IMG/VR virus record: IMGVR_UViG_3300046007_012472
Location: 1 to 64,000 of that record
Strand: one strand, 5' to 3'
Length of the DNA stretch: 64,000 bases
Source of the DNA: a virus
The position numbers and the translations under genes are program-made. This document shows, in pieces, positions 14,655 to 25,200 of this stretch. The notes beneath the pieces are model-generated. The model made no database searches and was not told the origin of the DNA. It saw only the letters and a program-made list of their open reading frames with translations. Each line of letters starts with the position of its first letter. The first letter of the stretch is position 1.

Positions 14655-16093
14655 TAAACAAGAGTTATATTTAATATTGCTGCTGATGTTGTTGTCAATG
14701 TGGTAGTTATAAATGCTCTATCAAATAGCGTGGGCAATAAAGCTGATGTTCCCGGTTCCAGAACATAACAACCGTGTAAGAGTGCGGTCACATCTGCCGA
14801 AGCTGATGATATCCTGACATCAATTGTATCGCTTGTTGTTCCGGTTCTGCAACCAGTTCCTGATGTGACACAGGAAGAACCGAGAACATTTGATATATGA
14901 CTTGTCGATGTCAGATAAATTATTTCAGTTGATTTGTTCTGATACAAATAACCATTTGTGGCAAGTGAAGTTGCCAAAACATCAGTCCCGTATAGATTTT
15001 GCTTTAGAAGATTGAATATTGTATATGTTGAGTTTGTTCCTGTTATTGAATATACAAATACTTTGGGATTTGATGTCAAATTTGTTGATGACTTTGTTTT
15101 GACCGTATTTGTTCCATCGCCTATATTTTTGATCTGTTGAAGTAAAGTATTCGCTCCAGTGGCTCCACCCAGAATATCATAGACATATCGAAGCCATGTC
15201 GCAACAGTATGATACTTGGATGTTCCTGTTTCGGGAGCAACAAAGACTTTTTCAAAACTGTTAAGTAAAGATTCGTCTTGACTTTCTTTTCCATAAATTA
15301 TCAATGATTCTGGTGGAATTACATTTACGGGAGATTCATCATCAATCAACACTTCAGTATTTGCCGAGAGGGAAACTGTTCCTGATACCGGAATTGGTTC
15401 ACCATTTGCGGTTCCTTGAATTCTCAACACAGTTCCTGTCACATTTTGTACAGAGACATTTGACGACACATTCACTGTTGCGCTTATTCCAGCACCGACA
15501 ACATTTACATTCAATGCATCACCAGAAGCACCGATTGGTGTTCCACTTGGACCCATGATTCTTGCAAAAACATGGGTGGAACCTGCAGGACCATAAACTT
15601 GTATGCTATCTGTTAGGTTGCTTAGATTCCATGATTTACCAAGAGATCCGGTAACTTGAACTCTGTCTACATCCCAATTTAGTACCTTTCCTCCGGTAAC
15701 AGTGACAGTTCCGGTAATTCCTACGCTTGATCCCAGAATAACACTTCCGGTGACGGCAACGGCAGGTGCCCCAGTGACACCATACACAAAGGTTCTTATG
15801 CCGCCGGTGACATGAACTGGAGAACCGGCAGTGTTAGCCACATTGAATGAGCCTAAGCCATATACAGAACCAGTAATAGTAACGGTTGAAAGGCTACCAG
15901 TCAATCCATACACTTGCACTGGCATTGGAGATGTACTGGTAACTCTATTTACAGTTAGTTCATTTCCCCAAGCAACTTTCATCACTTGAGCATGGGCTGT
16001 AACTCCAGAGTTTGAAAAAATATCAGTTCCGATTATTGCTTGGTTTCCGTCATCTACTGCTACTGGTAAATTATTATCGTTATCGACTGCCAT
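14654..16093 (-). CDS. Gly/Thr/Val-rich fibre-like structural protein
   Basis: Repeated VxVTG / PVxVTG motifs. Confidence 0.7.
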   Translation of the reverse strand: MAVDNDNNLPVAVDDGNQAIIGTDIFSNSGVTAHAQVMKVAWGNELTVNRVTSTSPMPVQVYGLTGSLSTVTITGSVYGLGSFNVANTAGSPVHVTGGIRTFVYGVTGAPAVAVTGSVILGSSVGITGTVTVTGGKVLNWDVDRVQVTGSLGKSWNLSNLTDSIQVYGPAGSTHVFARIMGPSGTPIGASGDALNVNVVGAGISATVNVSSNVSVQNVTGTVLRIQGTANGEPIPVSGTVSLSANTEVLIDDESPVNVIPPESLIIYGKESQDESLLNSFEKVFVAPETGTSKYHTVATWLRYVYDILGGATGANTLLQQIKNIGDGTNTVKTKSSTNLTSNPKVFVYSITGTNSTYTIFNLLKQNLYGTDVLATSLATNGYLYQNKSTEIIYLTSTSHISNVLGSSCVTSGTGCRTGTTSDTIDVRISSASADVTALLHGCYVLEPGTSALLPTLFDRAFITTTLTTTSAAILNITLV

Positions 16094-16160
16094 TAGTTTC
16101 TCCAAAAAAATTGGGAATCATACCTATATATTCCAGTAAGTTTATGGTATAATGATGGCT

Positions 16161-16382
16161 ATGATATTAGACTTAAAGAACAAATTTTCTCGTAGCGTAG
16201 AGCTTTATGTCGAAAAATGGAATGTGTCCTATATGGACGCAGTAATAACATTATGCGAACAGTATAATGTCGAACCAGAAGCGGTAGTAAAGCATCTTTC
16301 GAAGCCAATATTGGAAAAAATAAAAGTAGAAGGTCAAACTCTTAATTTCTTGCCAAAAACAAAAATTAAGTTGCCCTTTTGA
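16161..16382 (+). CDS. 33: late promoter transcription co-activator gp33
   Basis: FSRSVE...SYMDAV..LCE...EPE.V...LSKPILEKIKVE...LNFLPK; TGGTATAAT upstream. Confidence 0.9.
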   Translation: MILDLKNKFSRSVELYVEKWNVSYMDAVITLCEQYNVEPEAVVKHLSKPILEKIKVEGQTLNFLPKTKIKLPF

Positions 16383-16383
16383 C

Positions 16384-16411
16384 TTGCATTCCACTTCCAG
16401 TGTGGTACAAT
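16384..16411 (+). promoter_or_regulatory. sigma70-type promoter of gene 32
   Basis: TTGCAT-N16-TACAAT with TGn. Confidence 0.75.
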
Positions 16412-16456
16412 ACAACCAACAAAAGGCCCGGGTAGTTCCCGGGGAAAGGAACCATT

Positions 16457-17353
16457 ATGTCATTTAGCGATTTTAAGAAGCGTAGCAAGTCTAGCATCGA
16501 CACCCTTGCCAAGAAGCTCCAAGAGGATCTTGGAACCAAGAAGGATTACAAGGATGATCGTTTCTGGCGACCGGAACTGGACAAGACAGGTAGCGGATAT
16601 GCAGTTATTCGCTTCCTGCCAGCCGGAAACAATGAGGACATTCCGTGGGCTAAAACCTACACCCATGCATTCAAGGGTAAGGGTGGTTGGTACATCGAGA
16701 ATTGTCCTACGGCAATTGGTCAGAAGTGTCCGATCTGTGAGATGAACAACGAGCTTTGGAATTCTGGCATCGAGAGCGACAAGAACATCGCCCGCGACCG
16801 TAAGCGTAAGCTTTCGTACATTTCAAACATTGTTGTTATTTCAGATCCGGCAAATCCTCAGAACGACGGCAAAGTTTTCCTGTTCAAGTATGGAAAGAAG
16901 ATCTTTGACAAGATCCAAGAGGCAATGGTTCCCGATTTCAAGGATGAAAAGGCTGTAAATCCATTTGATCCTTGGGGGGGTTCTAACTTCCGTATGAAGA
17001 TTCGTAATGTTGCTGGATATACTAATTACGACAAGTCCGAGTTTGATTCGGCATCTGCTCTCTTCGAAGGTGATGACAAAAAGCTTGAGGCTGTTTGGAA
17101 CAAGCTTTATTCTCTCAAGGAGTTCACTGATCCCTCAAACTTCAAGGCTTATGAGGTTCTTTCCAAGAAGGCTAAGGATGTCATTGGAAGCGATATCCGC
17201 GAGACTTCGACGGATGACCGTACTGTGGAGGACGAGGAGCTTGAGCAGGCTCCACGGGCCTCTGGGGGCCCCAAGAAGAAGGCTGATAAGACTCCCGAGC
17301 CGGAGGAGGAGATGGATTCCATGTCTTACTTCGAGAAGTTGGCTAACGAATAA
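16457..17353 (+). CDS. 32: single-stranded DNA-binding protein gp32
   Basis: DDRFW..DK.G.GYAVIRFLP, WYIENC..CP.C, YGKKIFDKI, NYDKSEF, acidic tail. Confidence 0.97.
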   Translation: MSFSDFKKRSKSSIDTLAKKLQEDLGTKKDYKDDRFWRPELDKTGSGYAVIRFLPAGNNEDIPWAKTYTHAFKGKGGWYIENCPTAIGQKCPICEMNNELWNSGIESDKNIARDRKRKLSYISNIVVISDPANPQNDGKVFLFKYGKKIFDKIQEAMVPDFKDEKAVNPFDPWGGSNFRMKIRNVAGYTNYDKSEFDSASALFEGDDKKLEAVWNKLYSLKEFTDPSNFKAYEVLSKKAKDVIGSDIRETSTDDRTVEDEELEQAPRASGGPKKKADKTPEPEEEMDSMSYFEKLANE

Positions 17354-18679
17354 TTAGCCAACAAATCCCTGTCTCCAAATAGGCAACATGACCGCCGCCA
17401 TGATCGTTTGATCAATGGTGGCCATGTTGTTTATAACGACAGAACTTCCACCACCATATGAAGATGATTTTCCAGAATTTGCTGCTTGGGACTGTACTTG
17501 CATGGGTGGCGGCTCTTTTAATTTTTCTTGGGTCGGCAATGATTTGAATGTGGAGATATAGATGTTATCTCTCATTTTTTCAATTGATCTGGAGTTTTCT
17601 TTGTTTTCATTCAATGGACTGGGTAACATCTGCAACAAAGGATAATTTGGAGTTGATATGGGTTCAGAATTTGCTTTTAATTGACTGAAATTAGTAAAAC
17701 TTTGTGGTTTTATCGTATCTGAAAATAAATTTGCACTTGAAACTCTGGGAATATCCAGTTTGGGAGAAAATGATTGATTTAACTCTTCTGTTGAATTGTT
17801 TGATGTTGGTGATATATTAAATTGTGTTTGTTCTTTATTGTTTGTTTTATTTTCAAAATTCTGGCGAAGATCCGAAAAATATTGATTTGTTTCTTGATTT
17901 TTTTGTGGATTCTTTATACTTAAAGAAGAATTGTAATTTTCAACTTTATTTTGTTTTATATTTGGTATATTTGATTTTGGTGTTATTTCTCTTGTTATTT
18001 CATTATTTTTAGAGAAATCTGTTTTTGTTGAATCATATACTTTAGATAACTTAAAACTTAATTTTTCATCAGAGACATTATCTACGGTGGAATTTGGTTT
18101 AAGATTGCCTTGACTCGTCAATTCTTTTATGGAAGTATTTGGTTTTGAATTGATCTGTGCCGTCGATTCCTTTATCGAAGTATTTGGTTTTGCGTTGATC
18201 TGGGTTGGCAATTCTTTTATGGAAGTATTTGGTTTTGAATTGACTGGACTAGTCAATTCTTTTATGGAAGTATTTGGTTTTGAATTGGTCTGAGTTGGCA
18301 ATTCTTTGATCATCGATTCATTTGGTTTTGGAAATATTGTGGATTTATTTGGTGTATTTTCATACGCATATTTTTTTGCGTATGAAAATTGTTTTGCTTC
18401 TCTGACTTTTTGTTTTACAATTTCATTTGGTTTTGGTGCAGTCAGATTTATTGGAGCAATAGGATTTTTCGTAAATTTCTCTGTTTCATTGTAATAATTT
18501 TTCCAAAATTCACTTATCATCTGAGAGTTTGAATTTCCATCTATTGCAGGCATTGCCTTTTTATCATTTTTATTGTTACTTTTTATGATATTTGGGTTTT
18601 TCCCCATTTTTGGGGGGAATTTAGACTTTGATGGTTTTATTTCCTTTGTAGTGAAGGAATATTGTATTTTTTCTGGCAT
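17354..18679 (-). CDS. low-complexity protein in the gp29/tape-measure position
   Basis: N/K/S/T/P-rich 441 aa; follows gp26-gp51; SSVVINN near C-terminus. Confidence 0.55.
   Translation of the reverse strand: MPEKIQYSFTTKEIKPSKSKFPPKMGKNPNIIKSNNKNDKKAMPAIDGNSNSQMISEFWKNYYNETEKFTKNPIAPINLTAPKPNEIVKQKVREAKQFSYAKKYAYENTPNKSTIFPKPNESMIKELPTQTNSKPNTSIKELTSPVNSKPNTSIKELPTQINAKPNTSIKESTAQINSKPNTSIKELTSQGNLKPNSTVDNVSDEKLSFKLSKVYDSTKTDFSKNNEITREITPKSNIPNIKQNKVENYNSSLSIKNPQKNQETNQYFSDLRQNFENKTNNKEQTQFNISPTSNNSTEELNQSFSPKLDIPRVSSANLFSDTIKPQSFTNFSQLKANSEPISTPNYPLLQMLPSPLNENKENSRSIEKMRDNIYISTFKSLPTQEKLKEPPPMQVQSQAANSGKSSSYGGGSSVVINNMATIDQTIMAAVMLPIWRQGFVG
18096..18330. repeat. 45-bp tandem repeat, about 5 copies (KPNTSIKELxxxxNS)
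   Basis: ATTCTTTTATGGAAGTATTTGGTTTTG recurring with a 45-nt period. Confidence 0.9.
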
Positions 18680-18682
18680 TTT

Positions 18683-18859
18683 TTATCTCTCATTCTTCTT
18701 TTTTTCTTCTTCCAAATGTTGCCTCAGTTGCACGACATATACTTCTCTTTCCCAAGGGATCATGCTTTCTATATCAGCCAACGACCAGTTGTAGATTTGA
18801 ACCAATAAAAAGTTCAATTTGTAAAAATCACTAACACTTATGTGGCTGAGGCAAATGCG
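18683..18859 (-). CDS. 51: gp51-like baseplate assembly segment without its own start codon (-1 frame of gp26)
   Basis: CLSHISVSDFYKLNFLL...WSLADIESMIPWEREVYV...L. Confidence 0.8.
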   Translation of the reverse strand, partial: RICLSHISVSDFYKLNFLLVQIYNWSLADIESMIPWEREVYVVQLRQHLEEEKKKNER

Positions 18860-19548
18860 AAAAAACTGTCTATTCCATATATTTCCAATTGTCTTTCCAG
18901 ACCATCTTTAGTTTTGTATGTTATCGTTTTTCTGAGTCTTGGGGTGGTTTGAAGATAATCTAAAAATTTATTGAGCTGTAGTGATGTCATGTTATCATAA
19001 AAATCACTCAATTCCTCATCAGTCAATTCGTTCTTTTTTACACTGTTATCTTTTGTTTGCAATTCGGCAAAACAAAGTTTAAACTGCTTCTTTGCTTCAT
19101 CATCTTCCTCTTCCTCACACAGATATTTGAGTGTTGGATATTTCATGACCAAAACCATATCATCCGATAGTTTTATTTTTATTTCCGAATTGTCTTGTTT
19201 CGGTAAATCAAAACTTTCAAGGTTTATTTTTGAGGTCACTGTTTCTTGTGTTTCTGGACAACGAATATAGAATGTTGCATTTTCACCTATAGACTTTGCT
19301 CTTACAGCAAGAAAAGCCCGCTCTGCGTCTGCTATCGGCAAATTTTCCGGGTTTGGAATGTCATAAAAGCAGTTTTTTATGATCGTGACCAATGCATATC
19401 CCATTTCCTTTATAGATCCTGTTTGTTGGGCAATAAGAAGAATTTTTTCTTCCCTGACTGTCATTGGTCTAAATTTGTGTTTTTTCTTTGTTATCGGCAA
19501 GAATACATCATAAGTCGGAAGAGCATTTTTCAATAAATCAGAAATCAT
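18838..19548 (-). CDS. 26: baseplate hub assembly chaperone gp26
   Basis: PTY...LP...FRPMTVREEKILLIA, FLAVRAKSIGE, MKYPT, GIDSFF. Confidence 0.9.
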   Translation of the reverse strand: MISDLLKNALPTYDVFLPITKKKHKFRPMTVREEKILLIAQQTGSIKEMGYALVTIIKNCFYDIPNPENLPIADAERAFLAVRAKSIGENATFYIRCPETQETVTSKINLESFDLPKQDNSEIKIKLSDDMVLVMKYPTLKYLCEEEEDDEAKKQFKLCFAELQTKDNSVKKNELTDEELSDFYDNMTSLQLNKFLDYLQTTPRLRKTITYKTKDGLERQLEIYGIDSFFAFASAT

Positions 19549-19569
19549 ATATTACCTTTCATTTTAAGT

Positions 19570-20133
19570 TTAATTTGAGTCATTTCCCATTGAAGATACC
19601 ACAAACGACATTGTTAATGTTTGTGGATCTGGTTTTCCAGATTCGAATCTCAGGGGAAGAATTTTTTCTAGAAAACAATTGTTATAATTGTAAGTTCTAA
19701 CAGGATCATCATTCACTCTGTTATACGCTGTAATTCGGATTCTAACCCCAGGAGCATTTCCTGTTCTTATGGCAGAAAAACTGCCTGCGTCAGCCGGAAT
19801 CGTGCCGCCATAAAAAAACGAACCACCGTTATTCATAAAAAAGAAAGCTCTTGTGTATTCATTGATAAATTTAAACAATTCACCATCAATTTTTTCCGGA
19901 ACAAGTAGTTGAATAACAATACTTTCTCTGAATTTTACGCCAATCGGCATTTTGAAAAACGGGTTCCCTTGCCAATAATTTATGTCCAAAAATTCATAAC
20001 TTGGACCAGGCAAATCAACAGCAATTACATTTTCGTCGAACACATAATTTCCTATTGCAACGGTATATCTTGAGCTGTCTTGGACACCTTCTGTGGCTAT
20101 AAAAGTTTTTAACATGTCTATGGATTGGCTCAT
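19570..20133 (-). CDS. tail tube-fold baseplate protein (gp54/gp19-like)
   Basis: Position next to gp4; SRY.V, VDLPG and C-terminal Y.Y.NCF...I...TLTMSF pattern. Confidence 0.55.
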   Translation of the reverse strand: MSQSIDMLKTFIATEGVQDSSRYTVAIGNYVFDENVIAVDLPGPSYEFLDINYWQGNPFFKMPIGVKFRESIVIQLLVPEKIDGELFKFINEYTRAFFFMNNGGSFFYGGTIPADAGSFSAIRTGNAPGVRIRITAYNRVNDDPVRTYNYNNCFLEKILPLRFESGKPDPQTLTMSFVVSSMGNDSN

Positions 20134-20558
20134 TTTATGTGTAGATCCTCTTCCGTGAGAATTTTGAATTGCCACCCATTTTTATCGCATAATATTCTTG
20201 CGGATTCCCACTTAGAATTATTTATCAAATAAGTAGCCATCTCAGAAACAAAGCTTTTCTTTTTTTTGTTTTCTGGGGGTTTAGTTTGTTTTTTTGGTTT
20301 TATCTCCACAACATAAGTCTTTATTTCACCGTTTTCATTGGCTTCAAAAAGAAAATCGGGGTAATACATACAGGGTTTCTTTTTTACGGGGCAATAATAT
20401 GGAACCCTCAACTCTTCGCTGCACCATCTTATAATTGAGTCGTTTTCGTCCAGGTATTTGCAAAATTTTCTTTCCCATAATGATCTGCATATTATCTTTA
20501 GGTAATCGCCTACATATTTTGATGGATTTTTTGGTAAAAAAGAAGTTTTGTAGGGCAT
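20130..20558 (-). CDS. 4: head completion nuclease gp4
   Basis: PKNPSKYVGD, RSLWERKFC, WCSEE, YYPDF, VEIKPKKQT, FKILTE. Confidence 0.95.
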   Translation of the reverse strand: MPYKTSFLPKNPSKYVGDYLKIICRSLWERKFCKYLDENDSIIRWCSEELRVPYYCPVKKKPCMYYPDFLFEANENGEIKTYVVEIKPKKQTKPPENKKKKSFVSEMATYLINNSKWESARILCDKNGWQFKILTEEDLHIK

Positions 20559-20568
20559 AGGAGTTAAA

Positions 20569-21360
20569 ATGGGACAAGTATTTAGAATTCCAGGATCTTT
20601 AGGAAAATTATCTACGACTGCAACTCCATTGTATTTGCAATTATTTAGGAAAGAAACATCTGTATTGAAAAAATGGAGAAATATAACAAATGCTGATGTT
20701 ATAGATGGCGATTCTTACATACTTCCGCCACCAAAGATAGGAATGGGACTCGGAACGCACAGTGAAAACATGGATGAAGTTCAGTTTTGGCAGGTTTCTT
20801 CGGTAGGTGACAAAGCAAGAATGATTCTTGGTGATACTGTTTTTTATGGTGTTAGTAGGGTTATAGAGGGGTTTCAGCAAAGTGCAAGCGGTTTGGCAAA
20901 TTACGAATATTTGATTGGAAAATCAAGTATACCGAAAGACTTGACAGCGTTGCAATTCAAAGGAACAAGAAAAAGAGCATATAACTTCTCTTTTGAATTG
21001 TTTGCGGCGCAACAAACAGATTACTTTGACATAGCACAATGGGTAAGAACTATGCACATAGCCTCCATGATAAAATCGGAAGGTGGTGGGGATAGTTTAA
21101 CATTATACACACCATCGGTATTTACATTTTCAATACATGCCGGAAGTGAAAATGGGAATGTCGGAGGCGATGTCACAAATAATTGGTTTTTTTCACCAAA
21201 ACCATGCATGATGATTGGTTTCAACTCATCGGCTGTCGATTATCAAGCAATAGATGGAACCTATTCAACTCCTGCTAGAGTGGCTGTAAATATGATTTTA
21301 GCTGAGATTGAGCCGGTGGTGTTTAGTAGTGGTGTTAAATCTGTTTTTGAGGTAACATAA
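20569..21360 (+). CDS. 48: baseplate tail tube cap gp48-like
   Basis: FKG...RAYNFSFEL, PSVF, KPC motifs; upstream of gp53. Confidence 0.7.
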   Translation: MGQVFRIPGSLGKLSTTATPLYLQLFRKETSVLKKWRNITNADVIDGDSYILPPPKIGMGLGTHSENMDEVQFWQVSSVGDKARMILGDTVFYGVSRVIEGFQQSASGLANYEYLIGKSSIPKDLTALQFKGTRKRAYNFSFELFAAQQTDYFDIAQWVRTMHIASMIKSEGGGDSLTLYTPSVFTFSIHAGSENGNVGGDVTNNWFFSPKPCMMIGFNSSAVDYQAIDGTYSTPARVAVNMILAEIEPVVFSSGVKSVFEVT

Positions 21361-21363
21361 AAG

Positions 21364-22254
21364 ATGAAATATTTCACTTCATTTCCTTCCACCAAATATC
21401 TGGCCCCGAATAAACAAACCGTTGAAATGGTAAATATTTTTGATCGTCCAGAAATAAAAACAAGTGATCTTGAAAGTTATAATGCAGATAGCGATCAATA
21501 TTTTGTGCAAGACACAAAAACCCCAGAAGAAATGAGCAATGAAATATATGGAGACAGGAACTATTTTTGGGTTATTCTGGTTTCAAATAAAATAATTGAC
21601 TTTTATAGGGAATGGCCTGTTTCCAGTTATGAACTGTCAAGAGAACTTTATGAAACAAATGCGACTTATACATTTTATACTTTATACAACATGGAAATAA
21701 AAAAGAATGATATAATTGTCAAAGCAAATAATACATCATCAATGTTTGATGATGGAAACTATGGAGTTGTTTTGGATTCAAATAAATTTTTGAGATCTTT
21801 TGATGTTCAGATGATTGCCGGGGACTTGAAAGAAGGCGATGAATATTATGTTCTGAGACCAATAGGTAAGAAATATTCTATAATATCAACTTCCACTGAA
21901 AATGAAACTCAAATTCTGAAAAAACGATCATTAAAATTAGAATCTGGAGTTGAATTTTTGAAAGCAGATGACAACACAAGAGAAAACATATTTGTCTCTC
22001 CATATCAGTCACTGGAAGATTCGTCATTGATATCAGATCAAATATCAAATTTAAACAGTGAATCTGGGATAAAAACCATACTGTATAACTATATTAACAA
22101 CACCCTGTCTCCATCCGTAACTGTCGTTACATTCATGGAACAAAAACAAAGACAGTGGGTTTCTTCCAGGGTGATAAAGGCTGTTCCGAATAATCTACTG
22201 GGACAATTTACCAATGCTTACAATTCATCCGTAGAAAGGCTAGTGAATCAATAA
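21364..22254 (+). CDS. 53: baseplate wedge subunit gp53
   Basis: YFTSFP, TPEEMS.EIYGD..YFWVIL.SN.IID...EWP. Confidence 0.9.
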   Translation: MKYFTSFPSTKYLAPNKQTVEMVNIFDRPEIKTSDLESYNADSDQYFVQDTKTPEEMSNEIYGDRNYFWVILVSNKIIDFYREWPVSSYELSRELYETNATYTFYTLYNMEIKKNDIIVKANNTSSMFDDGNYGVVLDSNKFLRSFDVQMIAGDLKEGDEYYVLRPIGKKYSIISTSTENETQILKKRSLKLESGVEFLKADDNTRENIFVSPYQSLEDSSLISDQISNLNSESGIKTILYNYINNTLSPSVTVVTFMEQKQRQWVSSRVIKAVPNNLLGQFTNAYNSSVERLVNQ

Positions 22255-22255
22255 A

Positions 22256-25200
22256 ATGAGTGAAGTCAATAAGTTTAGATTAAAAGATGCAAGAATTCTC
22301 AGCACTCTTGATAAGAATCTCGCACCATTTCTATTAAACACAGCAGGATTTAGAGATCCTGACACAAAGACAGCTGGCGTTATGTCTCTTGAAGTAGAAG
22401 AGAGCATGTTTGAGCCAACCATAAAAGGAAAGGCATTGATAAGAGATTATAGCGGATTGGGTAATAATTTCGGTCAAGTTGTATTTCCGTATTTAGGAAT
22501 CGGTGGTTATGATATTCTAGAGTTGACTTTTGAAACCGAAAAAGTAACAAATGGTTTACCAATCCCTGATGGTAGTGAAGCTAGTTACAAATTTCAATTT
22601 TTAATATACGCATTCTCGCAAGAATCTGGTGAGGCAAATTCTTTGTATGCAAATAGTACAGTACCAAGAATAATCACATTAAAACTTGCTTCACCGGAAT
22701 TCGCATTGATGAATTATTTGTTTTTTGATTATTTTGGAGAACAAGATGAAAACCTAGAACTGAAAGAGGATTTGATAATACCGATTTCAAAGACAGAAAA
22801 TAAAAAAGAGGAAAATAAAAAAGAGGAAGAGGAACAACAAGAGGGAGTTCCATATACAGGAGAAGGGCTGGTTCAGTTTTTAGTTAATGGTCTTAATGGT
22901 CAATTAAAAAACAACGGCTTAAATGAAGTCCCTTTAAAATACGAAGAAGCTTTGAATTGGATTTGGTTAAAAAGAAATTATAATTTTTATCCGTGGGGAA
23001 AAATGGCAAGTCCCCCAAGAATGAATCAATTGGTGCAGATGCTAGCCGAAAATGCTGTACACAAGGATTGGAAAACAAATAATACAAAAGCAGCAAATTT
23101 TTTCTTTTGGAGAACACTTGATTCTTGGAATTTTTTCTCACTTGAAAAATTGGTAAAACTCCCCCCAACAAGAAATTATGTTCTTTCTGGTTACATGAAT
23201 TATGCGGAATCCATTCAGAATTTAAAATCCAATAACATATCCGAAGGATTGTTGAGAACATCCGACGAAATGGACAATTTGGCGTTGTTGAATTCTTATG
23301 CATATGGTTCAAATTATGTGTTTGTGGAACCAAAATATACCGACGATCCTTATTCAAGGTATCTTGATTCGGCAAAAGCTCATATAATCCAAGAAATAAA
23401 ATATGATTACATTGAAGACGGCAAATATTGGTCAAGATTGGAACAACCGGAACAGGTCCAATTTTCTTTGTCAAGGCAATTAGCCTTCGTTCCAGGTTCA
23501 CCAGCAATACAAAAATTTTCAAAAGCAATTTCAAAAAATCGCATAATCGACAAAAATTATGGTTATTTTTCTCCTGGGTTTTTTAATCGGCAGAATAATG
23601 TTCCATGGGAGTATTATGGTTATGATTACTCTACAAGACAAGAAGAAACTTTATGGCAAACTCAATTTGATATAACAGATCTTGAGGGAGATAGAGTACG
23701 CTGGCTTTACAAGGAAATCAAACAAAAACTAAAACAAAATCAAGAACTTTATGCAAAGCTGAAAAATCTAAAAGAAAAATGGAAAGTTTATAAATGTTCC
23801 ATTTGTTGTGCAGGTGATATACCAGGAGCCACCCTGCCAGCAGGAACTCCAGGAGAAATTGCAAATATTCCTGGAAGCACTTTTGAGTTTAAATCGGAAA
23901 AATTTGAAAAGTCATTCAATCTGAGAGATAAAAATTTATCACAGTATGAAATAGTTGCTGCTGGCTCGTTCAGTGATGTATTGAATTACGACTCTTCTAA
24001 AGTGGGAGTTGGGATAACTTTTGAAAATGAAGAAGGGGAAATCGAAACATTTCAAAATGAATGGACCAAGAGTGGATTGACCTTGAGTTATAATTTGAAC
24101 GAAAGTCCATATAATTTGAGCCTTGGGGAATTTTTTAGTCTAGAAAAAGAGCCGGATAATTTTGTAAAATACAGATTTGATCTTGAAATAAAAAGACACG
24201 AAAAATTAAAACAAATCCTAGAAAAAAATAAAATAGCAAGACAAATAAGAAAAGACAAATATATCAAAGGAGCTTCTGGATATACTGCTGCATATAAATC
24301 AAAAAATGAAGTATGTCTTCAACAGGGATGTACCGGAACCTGTTTGTGTCCAACTGAATATCCAGAAACAGTACAAAATAAAGTCAATTTGGTTGTAGGT
24401 GCACATGAAGAACTTTCTTTGCATGAAGATAAAATATATGCACAAATAGATCCAATAATTGCTAAACTTCAACATCTAAAAAATGAATTTAAGGATCTTT
24501 ATTCCAAGTATTGGTCAAGAAAAGCATTTTTCTTTTCTAGAAATATAGATTTTTCTACTTTTCTTACTTCCGGAAATAATTTATTCAACATAAAAAGCAT
24601 AAAAAGAACACCCATTCGTGGAAGCAAATATGAGCCATTTGCTCTTAGAAAACCTTTAGCTGGAAATATGGTTCCAGGTGTCACGGGAGCTCTGGATTAT
24701 TATGGTAAACCGGTAGCAAGCCCTGTAGCAAATCCATTGTGGTCAGGAACGACATCAACATGCATGTATCCATATGAAGTTCCCCCATATGTGGATGATT
24801 TGGGGTATATGAATTCTGTAGATTCGATAAACACATATAATGGAAACGATGTTTGTGGTGTCACTGCAGTAAATGTTTACTATAATAGAGGATATGACAG
24901 CGGAGCTTTAGGTGTTGGTGGGGGGAATGCAGATTTTTGGTCTTCGTTTGAAAATCCATATTCTGCGTTTCCATACAGCGAAGCCAGTGAAGAGCGACCG
25001 AAAGGTCCTATTTGGTATAGAAACTGGTTGGTTTCATACAGAATAACAATATTAAAACCACCATGTCTGAACAGACAACCTCCATGTTTTGAGGGAGATT
25101 GCAGTTGTGATGAAATAAATCTGGATCTTCATATGCATTTTGAGGCATTTGCAAATTATAAAAATGCTGAGATTTTACAGGGAACTCCAGGAACATCTGG

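Noticed and set aside
16423-16443. AAGGCCCGGG similarity to 16S rRNA near position 1385
   Set aside because: Only 10 nt, driven by a CCCGGG palindrome, and lies in an mRNA leader without the late-promoter/terminator architecture.
18096-18330. Possible CRISPR-like array
   Set aside because: 45-nt in-frame coding repeats without unique spacers.
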